Origin: Candidatus Iainarchaeum sp.
Lineage (GTDB): Archaea; Iainarchaeota; Iainarchaeia; Iainarchaeales; CSSED10-239
Assembly (NCBI GenBank): GCA_037441475.1
Contig: JBBISB010000001.1
Span: 336,418 to 368,417, forward strand
Length of the DNA: 32,000 nt
Reading direction: 5' to 3'
Shown here: positions 19,023 to 26,645 of the stretch, in pieces
Position numbering within the stretch: the stretch's first letter is position 1
How the letters are laid out: each line of letters begins with the position of its first letter
Made by a program: the position numbers and the translations under genes
The notes under the pieces: generated by a model
What the model saw: the letters and a program-made list of their open reading frames with translations, nothing else
Told to the model about the DNA's origin: nothing
The model's database searches: none

Positions 19023-19517
19023 TCACATTTTTAAGTATTTGTTTATTTTTTTTATATTTAACTTAAGGTCTTTTGTAACCTCAATAGGTATAAAATCAAT
19101 TTTTCTTGAAGAAAGCTTGTTTTCAAAGTAATTTGTTTTAGAGCAAAGAATATTTTCTTCAATCTTTAAGACATCATACCCTCTCTCCCTCATTTTATCT
19201 CTTTGAAACTTTTCAGGGGTGTTTAAAATAAAAATAAAATCCATTTTTTTTAAAGTTAATTTAGGTAGTTCACAGAATAAATGTCCTTCAAAGATAATAT
19301 TTTGTTTCTTCTTTAAAAGAAAACTAACTTTTTTAGCAAGTAAAGGAAGGGAAACTTCATACTCCTTTGTTTCTTTATTTTCCTCACCAAGATTGTTCTT
19401 TGTAGAAAACTCCTTATCGTTTATTACAATAAACTTTTGAAAAGGAAATTTCTTTTTAATCTCGTTTGCAATTGTTGATTTTCCTGAGGCTACTGGTCCT
19501 GTAATTACAAAGTACAT
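19023..19517 (-). CDS. Adenylate kinase-like NTPase (Fap7/AK6-like)
   Basis: P-loop MYFVITGPVASGKSTIANEI; FEGHLF; FIFILNTPEKFQRDKMRERGY. Confidence 0.7.
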   Translation of the reverse strand: MYFVITGPVASGKSTIANEIKKKFPFQKFIVINDKEFSTKNNLGEENKETKEYEVSLPLLAKKVSFLLKKKQNIIFEGHLFCELPKLTLKKMDFIFILNTPEKFQRDKMRERGYDVLKIEENILCSKTNYFENKLSSRKIDFIPIEVTKDLKLNIKKINKYLKM

Positions 19518-19520
19518 AAA

Positions 19521-21413
19521 TTATCTAAGTCTCACACTTTCTAAGTTTTGGATAGCTAAGGTGTTGATATGGAACTTCTTTGAAACAAACTTTGAAAACT
19601 CTTGACAGGAGTCCCCGTGGTTTATTAAAATAGTTTTTGGTTTTGGGTTTAAGCTTGAAATGTAGTTTAGAAGTTCTTGACGGTAAGCGTGTCCTGAGAA
19701 GGCATCTATTGTTTCTATCTTTAAAAGAATATTTAAAGTTTTTGTTTTACCTTGAGAGTCTGTTATTACCATTGACTTTAGACCCTTTTGTACCTTTTGC
19801 CCTAAACTGTTCTTTGCTTGGTAACCTACAAAGACTAAGGAGTTTTTAGGGTTGTCTGCAAGCTCATTAAAGTAAGAGACTGAAGGGCCACCTGTAAGCA
19901 TACCTGAAGAAGCAATGATTATTGCACCAGGTGTGTTTAAAACTGCTTCACGGTTGTTTTCTTCATAATCAACAGCTCTAAAAAGCTTTGAAGAGAATGG
20001 AGAGTTATTTTGTAAAACTCTTGTCTTAATATTCATTTTTAAATATTCAGGGTAGACTGTGTGTATTAAAGAAGCCTCTCTTGTCATACCATCAATAAAT
20101 ACATTTTGTGATTTTAGTTTACCTCTTCTAAAATAATCCTCTAAAACAATCATTACCTCTTGAGCACGACCTACAGAGAAGACAGGGATTAAAGTTGTCC
20201 CTCCTCTATCAAAGGTGTCGTTAAGAGTATCTATTAAATGATCCTCTGATTTATTTCTTGAAGGGTTTAATGGCTTACCACCGTATGTACTCTCTAAGAT
20301 CAAAGTATCAACTCTTGGATAACTTGCATCCATGTTGTTGTAAAGTCTTGTAAAACCGTACTTAATATCAGCAGAGTAAACTAAGTTATGTTTACCATCA
20401 CCTATGTGTAGATGAGCAGAAGCTGAACCTAGGATGTGTGAGGAGTTATAGAAGGTAAGTCTTATTCCAGGAGCAATGTCTGTTACTTCTCTGAAGTTTT
20501 TAGTTATACAGTGTTTTATAACTTGCTTAACATCCTCTTCACCGTAAAGAGCCTCTCTTCCTGATTTTTCAGAAACAGAAATTGCATCTAAAAGTAAAAG
20601 AGCCATGATGTCCTTTGTTGGTTCTGTACAGTAAACAGGGCCTCTATAACCTGCTCTAAAAAGAAAAGGAAGGAAACCAACATGATCGATGTGTGCGTGG
20701 GTTATAACAATTGCATCAAGTTCCTCTAAAGGAAACCTTATAACTCCAAAGAAAGGAGCTTCTTCGTTTTTATCAGCTGGGTTAATACCACAATCTAAAA
20801 GAATTTTTGTATCTGGAGTTTCTAAAAGAATAGCACTTCTTCCAACCTCTCTAAAACCACCTAAAGCTGTCATTCTTACCCAGTCTTTGGTGCTTACTGG
20901 AGGAGAATATATTTTTTGTGCAACATCTTTTAAAAATTGTTTTCTCTCTGTGTTGTTTTTAATTGCATACCCTCTTATTTTTTTCATGATCTCAGATGGC
21001 TCAATTGGTGCTCTTAATATTTTAGGGATCCATTTTGTTTCTTTAATAATAGCTTTTGAAACATCTCCTAATTTACCTATAACTACACCTGGCTTTTCAG
21101 CTTCAATTACAACTTCTGAAAAAACACCATCAAAGGCAATTGATTTTATGCCTGCATCTTCGGGTATTATTTTTTTTATAACATTATAGGCTTCAGCAGA
21201 GTCCATTAAAGCAGACTTGTCTGTTCTAATGTTAATTCTTTTTTTAAATTTTTCTGCAATCTCACCTACAATTGTTTTATTATCAAAAAAAGAATAAGTG
21301 TCTGAGGTATAGATAGCTATCTCTGAGGCTTCAGGTTCAATTTTTGAAAAAATCATTTTCTTCTCTATAAGAAGAGTTGATATTTGTTTTTTAATATTGT
21401 CGAATAAATCCAT
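19521..21413 (-). CDS. Beta-CASP ribonuclease aCPSF1 (KH domain plus metallo-beta-lactamase)
   Basis: ALGGFREVGRSAILLET, DAIVITHAHIDHVGFLPFLFRAGYRGPVYCT, ASSGMLTGGPSVSYF, DAFSGHAYRQELLNYI, KTILINHGD. Confidence 0.95.
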   Translation of the reverse strand: MDLFDNIKKQISTLLIEKKMIFSKIEPEASEIAIYTSDTYSFFDNKTIVGEIAEKFKKRINIRTDKSALMDSAEAYNVIKKIIPEDAGIKSIAFDGVFSEVVIEAEKPGVVIGKLGDVSKAIIKETKWIPKILRAPIEPSEIMKKIRGYAIKNNTERKQFLKDVAQKIYSPPVSTKDWVRMTALGGFREVGRSAILLETPDTKILLDCGINPADKNEEAPFFGVIRFPLEELDAIVITHAHIDHVGFLPFLFRAGYRGPVYCTEPTKDIMALLLLDAISVSEKSGREALYGEEDVKQVIKHCITKNFREVTDIAPGIRLTFYNSSHILGSASAHLHIGDGKHNLVYSADIKYGFTRLYNNMDASYPRVDTLILESTYGGKPLNPSRNKSEDHLIDTLNDTFDRGGTTLIPVFSVGRAQEVMIVLEDYFRRGKLKSQNVFIDGMTREASLIHTVYPEYLKMNIKTRVLQNNSPFSSKLFRAVDYEENNREAVLNTPGAIIIASSGMLTGGPSVSYFNELADNPKNSLVFVGYQAKNSLGQKVQKGLKSMVITDSQGKTKTLNILLKIETIDAFSGHAYRQELLNYISSLNPKPKTILINHGDSCQEFSKFVSKKFHINTLAIQNLESVRLR

Positions 21414-21596
21414 ATATGTTCACGTATGTGTTTTTTGTAAAAAAGTTTTTTTAAATATAAAGTATAAATATTTACGTTTATTTAAGAAAATAATTGTTTA
21501 AATGTTTTTTTATTAAAAAAATGTAAAAAAATAAATTTACATTTTTATATAATAGAAGTTTTTTTATAAAAGGTAAAAAAATAATTAAAAAAGAAA

Positions 21597-22202
21597 TTAC
21601 TTATATTTTTCAATAGGTAATTCTTCAATACCATCTTTTTTAATTACAACAATCTTTATTCCATCCCCACCTGTAAAAAGATCTCTTTTCTTTGCAGAGG
21701 TAATAGCTTCTTTTGCAATTTCAATTGCATCTTTAACAGTTAAAGAGGATTTGTAGTTTTTATCAAGAACACTTAAAGCAAGTTCTGAACCAGATCCTGA
21801 GAAAGAAAAATTTTCTTCCTTTGAAAAACCACCAAGCATGTCAAGAGAATAAAGGTCTTGATCTGAACCTGCAAGTATTAATTGAGAGTAGTAAGGGATC
21901 ATTTTACTTGAGTTTAAGATGTTTGATAAAAGAGTAACACATGATTTTGTGCTTAAAGCCCTTTTATGTTCAAGCTCATAAAGGTTTGCATGATTTTGTA
22001 AGTATCTAACTAAGACCATGGCATCTCCAACTGAACCTGCAATTGTCATTGCTATTCTGTCGTTTATTTTATATATTTTTGTTGTGTTGTTGTTAACAGC
22101 TAAGTTACCCATAGAAGCTTGCATGTCTGCTGCTAAGATGATACCATCTTTTGCAACAATACCAACTGTTGTTGTGCCTGTCTTTAATGTTTTATCTGTC
22201 AA
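21597..22202 (-). CDS. psmB: Proteasome subunit beta
   Basis: TGTTTVGIVAKDGIILAADMQASMGNLAVNNNTTKIYKINDRIAMTIAGSVGDA; catalytic Thr after a short propeptide. Confidence 0.95.
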   Translation of the reverse strand: MTDKTLKTGTTTVGIVAKDGIILAADMQASMGNLAVNNNTTKIYKINDRIAMTIAGSVGDAMVLVRYLQNHANLYELEHKRALSTKSCVTLLSNILNSSKMIPYYSQLILAGSDQDLYSLDMLGGFSKEENFSFSGSGSELALSVLDKNYKSSLTVKDAIEIAKEAITSAKKRDLFTGGDGIKIVVIKKDGIEELPIEKYK

Positions 22203-22272
22203 AATTATTCACCTTTCTTATTACTTAATTTTTGAACGAAATTAACGTTTTCAAAACTTGTAGAATCAAAAA

Positions 22273-22914
22273 CTAACTTTGCAAAAACAATTGTTTAAAA
22301 TAATCTATTTCTTGAGGAACTCCAAAAGGAAGTTCTACTGAAACATCTTTTTCTTTAGAGCTTAACTTTAATTGTCCAGCAGGCATAAAGTAAAAAGACT
22401 TTTCTAAAAGAAGAGGTAATTTGTCTTCATCCTTTGAAATAACTTTATTAATTGTTATTGTGTATTCTAAATCTCTTCCAGCATAGATAGGGTTAAAGTC
22501 AACCTTTACTCTTCCACCAGAAATTGAAATTATCTTACCTGATTTGTTGCCTATGTTTACAAATAAACCAACTTCAGGTCTTACATTTTCTTTTTTAAAT
22601 TCATTTAAAGAAACAAGTTCTACTTTATTTGAATCTCTATCTTTGAAAGCTTGTTCTTTTTTTAAGAGGAAAGTTTTTGTTTTTCCTATATCTAAATCAG
22701 AGATATTATCTTCAATACCTTTTAATAATTCGCCAGTTCCGAAAAGATAGTTTAAAGGTTTATATTCATTCTTTAAGTTTAAGTTATTTTCTTTTGCCAC
22801 TTCTTTTTTAGTTGTGTCAAGTATTTCTTTTGTGTTTGCGTCTTTTAAAATAAGATCAATTTCTACAATGTCTTTTGTTTTTATCATATTAATAAACCTC
22901 TTTTGTGTAATCAT
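22273..22914 (-). CDS. FKBP-type peptidyl-prolyl isomerase (SlyD-like)
   Basis: TKDIVEIDLILKDANTKEILDTT, FGTGELLKGIEDNISDLDIGKTKTFLL, NVRPEVGLFVNIGNKSGKIISISGGRVKVDFN.PIYAGRDLEYTITI. Confidence 0.88.
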   Translation of the reverse strand: MITQKRFINMIKTKDIVEIDLILKDANTKEILDTTKKEVAKENNLNLKNEYKPLNYLFGTGELLKGIEDNISDLDIGKTKTFLLKKEQAFKDRDSNKVELVSLNEFKKENVRPEVGLFVNIGNKSGKIISISGGRVKVDFNPIYAGRDLEYTITINKVISKDEDKLPLLLEKSFYFMPAGQLKLSSKEKDVSVELPFGVPQEIDYFKQLFLQS

Positions 22915-23117
22915 AGAATTAATGTTTTCATTTACCTATTTACAACTGTTTTATAAACTTTAAAGCAGTATCAAAAATAGGATTTTTATAAAAGTAGATG
23001 TTTTATATAATATATTAATGAACCGATTTGCTTAAAAAGATTTGTTTTTATGTAGCTTTAAGGGGTAAGCACAAATTATTTATTAAATTTTAAAATATTA
23101 AAGAAATTATAAAAAAA

Positions 23118-23462
23118 TTACTCTAACAACCATTTCCAGACAGGAATTACTTTATTATCTATATTAAACTCATCTTCTTGATAATAAGTTAATATGTACC
23201 CTATTTTTAATTTAAAAAAATCCATAGCGAAAACTAATCCTTTAATTTCCCTATCTTTATTATTATCATTTAACTCAAAACAAACTTGATAAGTTTCAAA
23301 AGATTTATCTTTAGCTATAAAATCACATTCAGAATTATCTTCATTAAAATAAGTAATTTCTTTTCCTTTTCTAATCAATTCTAAAAAAACAATATTTTCA
23401 AGTAAATGTCCTTTATCTTGATATCTTTGGAAAGTTAATATATTTCTTAAACAAGATTGGCA
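23118..23462 (-). pseudogene. C-terminal remnant of an AAA/DUF4143-type ATPase
   Basis: In-frame extension of the listed ORF reads CQSCLRNILTFQRYQDKGHLLENIVFLELIRKGKEITYFNEDNSECDFIAK...YQVCFELND...REIKGL..; no N-terminal ATPase domain is present. Confidence 0.6.
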
Positions 23463-23551
23463 CAGAATATGCTAAAAAAATCTAATTTGTTGGCATTAAC
23501 AGTTCCAATAAAACCAACAATATTTTTAATGTTAAATTAAACATAAATATA

Positions 23552-24562
23552 TTATTTAATATTTAAAGTACTTAAGAGATTATAAGAGTTTGAATGCTTT
23601 GCATAATCTAAAAAAGAAAAAAGAGAAGCCCTGAAGTTAAGTATAGAAATTTTATTTTGTTTTAGTAAATAATTATTTTTATTTTGCCTTTTTAGAAATC
23701 TTTTAACATTTGATTTTTTTAATCTTATGTTTGAAGGAAATACCTTATAACCTAAAAAATCAACACCTTTGCTTACTAAGTTAATATAAATTTTATTCTT
23801 TGGAACATCTAATAATAGTTCTTTACTTAAAAATAATTTAATTTTTCTTCTAAAAACCTTTAAATCTTTTTTAGAGTTTGAAAATATTAAAAAATCATCA
23901 ACATATCTATAATAAAGTTTAATTTTCAAAGTATGCTTAACATATTGATCTAATTGATTTAGATAAATATTTGCAAACAACTGAGAAGTTAAATTACCTA
24001 TAGGAATTCCTTTTTCAGTATTATTTACATTAAAAGAATAACTATCAATTATTTGATATATTAGAGAAAGTAACCTTTCATCCTTAATTCTTTTTTTGAT
24101 TATTCTTTTTAAAGTGGGTTTATGAACAGAAGGAAAGTATTTTTTAACATCTTGGTTTAAATAATATTTTGGAGGATTAGTGGTTTGAATGACATTTTTA
24201 ATTTCAAAAAGGCCTTTATGTGTGCCTTTTCCTTTTCTGCAAGCAAAGGAATTATTTATAAAAGTTTTATCAAAAATAGGTTCTATGATATTAATTATTG
24301 AATGTTGAACAACTACATCTCTAAAAGTTGGAGCACTAATAATTCTTTATTTAGGTTCATAAACTTTAAAACTTCTGTAAGGAGAAAATTGAAAATTTTC
24401 TGAAATTAATTGATCTTGTAATAAAAATAGCTCCTTTTCTAAATTTGTTGTAAATTGCAAGACATATTTTTTATTAGGTGTTGATTTTTTTGCTTTTTTA
24501 TAAGCATTAAAAAGATTTTTAAAAGAAGTAAACTCTTTCCAAAGGTTATTGTATGATTTCAT
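23552..24562 (-). pseudogene. DGR-type reverse transcriptase interrupted by one in-frame TAA (24347-24349)
   Basis: Continuous frame of 337 codons apart from the TAA: ...[58 protein letters not shown]...YYLNQDVKKYFPSVHK...EKGIPIGNLTSQLFANIYLNQLDQYVKH...YYRYVDDFLIFSNSK...GVDFLGYKVFPSNIRLKKSNVKRF. Confidence 0.88.
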
Positions 24563-24590
24563 TTTTAAAAAAACTTATTTAAAGTTAAAA

Positions 24591-24640
24591 GTTATTACAG
24601 ATTTCTTTTTACAGACTATAAAAATACTAAATGTAATAAC
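24591..24640. repeat. 9-bp perfect inverted repeat upstream of the RT start
   Basis: GTTATTACA (24591-24599) / TGTAATAAC (24632-24640). Confidence 0.7.
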
Positions 24641-24746
24641 TTATCTTTATATTTGATTTTTTAACATAAAAACAATAAAGTTTTTATGGCATACATCATA
24701 TGCAATCAGGAAACATTTTACAGATGTAGTTTTTTAAAATATTCGC

Positions 24747-24788
24747 TTTATATGTTTTTTTAAAAAAAACAAAAATATAACATATAAA
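24747..24788. repeat. 10-bp perfect inverted repeat between target gene and RT
   Basis: TTTATATGTT (24747-24756) / AACATATAAA (24779-24788), with T-run/A-run between the arms. Confidence 0.7.
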
Positions 24789-24799
24789 CTCTGATAAAA

Positions 24800-24821
24800 C
24801 CTTATTTCTTTAAAAATAAGG
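24800..24821 (-). terminator. Stem-loop just after the target gene stop (terminator and/or DGR-associated hairpin)
   Basis: CCTTATTT/AAATAAGG 8-bp stem with 6-nt loop, 5 nt downstream of the TAG and followed by TTTT on the minus strand. Confidence 0.55.
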
Positions 24822-24826
24822 AGAAA

Positions 24827-26194
24827 CTACTGAACGCAGCGCAAGCCGAAGAAGTCGGTCCGGCTTGTAGGAATGTTGGTCAAGTTCAGGGACAAGACAC
24901 CGGCACTAGAGTCATTGAGCCAGCGACCACCGCGCAAAAAAGCGTATACAGTCTTACTTGTGTCATTTATATTACTATAAGTATAAAGCCTACCAACACC
25001 ATTATTCGCATTATAACTATTACTTGTAAGTAAAAATAAATCTTTATACTTTAAAGTAGTGTTACCTAAATTATCAGAATAAATATATTGGTTTCCTCCA
25101 CCACCTTTTGAATAATCAAAAAAATTAAAGCCAGAAGTATAATTACTATCATCAGAATTATTAAATCCATCAGGCTGGTCTTTTATTTGGATAGTATCAC
25201 TAGTCCATTGCCAAACATTACCTGCTAAATCCCAAATTACCTCTCCATTAGTTAAAGTTAAAGTTCTTTTTGTAATTCCTGAAAGCTCGTCAAAACCGTC
25301 CATGGCCCTAGAGGATGATGAATTTCCTCTTGGAAGGTATCCTGAACCAACTTCTCCACCAGACCAGTTGGAGGGAACTTGTTCAATATTTCTTACAATT
25401 GTCATCCATTCGTTATTAGTTATTAAATGACCACCGATAGCTTCACAAGCGGCTATTGCTTCGGTTTGGGTAATTCTTACTATTGGAGAGCCTTCTGGAG
25501 TGGACACTAAGGTTCCTGGTGTTGGACATAATTCATAATTATAAGTATTAGATGTTAAAGAACCAGTATTACAATTAGGATAATCAGCTACAAGATTTCC
25601 TTTGCCATCACCATTTACATCCATTTTCATCTGATATTTTGAAACACAAAAACCCCCTCTTTCATTCATTGTACCATAAAGGTGGTTTCCAGGAACAGGA
25701 ATAAATCCTTCTGGACAAGAAGATGGATATTTAATATTTTGACGAAGAGAGGTTTTGGTTATCATTCTATCATTATCAAGGTAAAAAACAATATTTAAGT
25801 TGTCTTCTAAAATACCATGATCAATTACTGCTGTCTGGTTTGCAGTAATTGTTACTGGTGGGTCTAATGGATTAATATTAGTATTTCCGTGCAAGGAATA
25901 ACCAGTTATGGTTAAAGAGGTGAAAGGAGAACCATAAGGAGGATTATACTCTAAAATAGTTCTGCCATTTATGGAATCTTTTACTTGCAAATAAAAAGAA
26001 GTTTCTGATTCTGTGTAAATATCAAGACTTGAGGTTTTACCTAAGGAATCATTGGTAAAACCTTTTCCCCAAGAAACAATTATTGCAATAATAGCAACAG
26101 CAACAACTATTAAAAGAATGGTTGCAATTAATGGAGAAATTCCTTTCCTTTTTTTATTTTCCATTTGAAAAAAAATATTTGTATCTATACTCAT
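24827..26194 (-). CDS. Putative DGR target: pilin/flagellin-like N-terminus plus FGE-sulfatase/C-type-lectin-like domain with C-terminal variable region (alternative start 26164)
   Basis: MENKKRKGISPLIATILLIVVAVAIIAIIVSWG class III signal; CPEGFIPVPGN...FCVSKYQMK, TQTEAIAACEAIGGHLITNNEWMTIVRNIE, GEVIWDLAGNVWQWTSD; C-term FLRGGRWLNDSSAGVLSLNLTNIPTSRTDFFGLRCVQ. Confidence 0.85.
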   Translation of the reverse strand: MSIDTNIFFQMENKKRKGISPLIATILLIVVAVAIIAIIVSWGKGFTNDSLGKTSSLDIYTESETSFYLQVKDSINGRTILEYNPPYGSPFTSLTITGYSLHGNTNINPLDPPVTITANQTAVIDHGILEDNLNIVFYLDNDRMITKTSLRQNIKYPSSCPEGFIPVPGNHLYGTMNERGGFCVSKYQMKMDVNGDGKGNLVADYPNCNTGSLTSNTYNYELCPTPGTLVSTPEGSPIVRITQTEAIAACEAIGGHLITNNEWMTIVRNIEQVPSNWSGGEVGSGYLPRGNSSSSRAMDGFDELSGITKRTLTLTNGEVIWDLAGNVWQWTSDTIQIKDQPDGFNNSDDSNYTSGFNFFDYSKGGGGNQYIYSDNLGNTTLKYKDLFLLTSNSYNANNGVGRLYTYSNINDTSKTVYAFLRGGRWLNDSSAGVLSLNLTNIPTSRTDFFGLRCVQ

Positions 26195-26204
26195 AAATGA
26201 TCTA

Positions 26205-26270
26205 ACATAATATATATAAACATAATATATATAAACATAATATATATAAACAAATTATATATATATAAGA
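26205..26270. repeat. Short AT-rich tandem repeats (about 15-bp unit cataatatatataaa), probable promoter region
   Basis: Successive cataatatatataaa units directly upstream of the target gene; contain TATA-box-like sequences. Confidence 0.6.
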
Positions 26271-26331
26271 AGATAATATTTATAAAGATATCTAAAGTAA
26301 ATAAAACTAATAAGTTAAAAAAAAATAAAAA

Positions 26332-26535
26332 TTACTTAGTAATTTTTACAAAATAATAAATATCTTTTCCGATACTTGAAAAATCAACCTTAACATTATT
26401 TACAGCCATTTTATCTAAAAAATCCTTATATGAAATACCAGCAATGTCTGCTACCTCTGATAAAGAAATACTTCTTATTTGATATGCTTTAAAAACTAAC
26501 TTTAGATTTTTAGAGAATTTATTATTTATATCCAT
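26332..26535 (-). CDS. Small UPF0175-like HTH protein (possible antitoxin-like)
   Basis: LKLVFKAYQIRSISLSEVADIAGISYKDFLDKMAVNNVKV resembles UPF0175 HTH segment. Confidence 0.5.
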   Translation of the reverse strand: MDINNKFSKNLKLVFKAYQIRSISLSEVADIAGISYKDFLDKMAVNNVKVDFSSIGKDIYYFVKITK

Positions 26536-26645
26536 AAATATATTATTTATAATAATCTTTTTAAAAGTGAGTAATTAATAAAAAGAAGTATTATATTATC
26601 TTCTCTATAATAGTATATAGAAAGAAATAATAAAAAAAGAAAAAC

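Larger units (their letters stand above)
22140..25649. repeat. Left copy of long direct repeat (exact offset 6351 bp; visible part, tandem period continues to 28490)
   Basis: 22140 onward matches 28491 onward up to window end; all ORFs recur at +6351 with identical translations. Confidence 0.97.

Noticed and set aside
24347-24349. Genome-wide TAA recoding as an explanation for the internal stop in the RT
   Set aside because: TAA terminates many ordinary genes in this window, e.g. ksgA and DUF655, so general reassignment is unlikely; mutation or consensus error is simpler.
23552-24562. Interpretation of the RT as a group II intron maturase or retron
   Set aside because: No intron domain V-like structure or maturase/endonuclease domain visible; the motif PIGNLTSQ and the neighbouring VR-type target favour a DGR.
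24660-24800. Possible highly diverged template repeat between target and RT
   Set aside because: AT-rich sequence shares none of the GC-rich constant blocks of the VR; only inverted repeats are seen.
26205-26270. CRISPR-like array
   Set aside because: Units are about 15 bp, AT-only, directly abutting without spacers; no Cas genes nearby.
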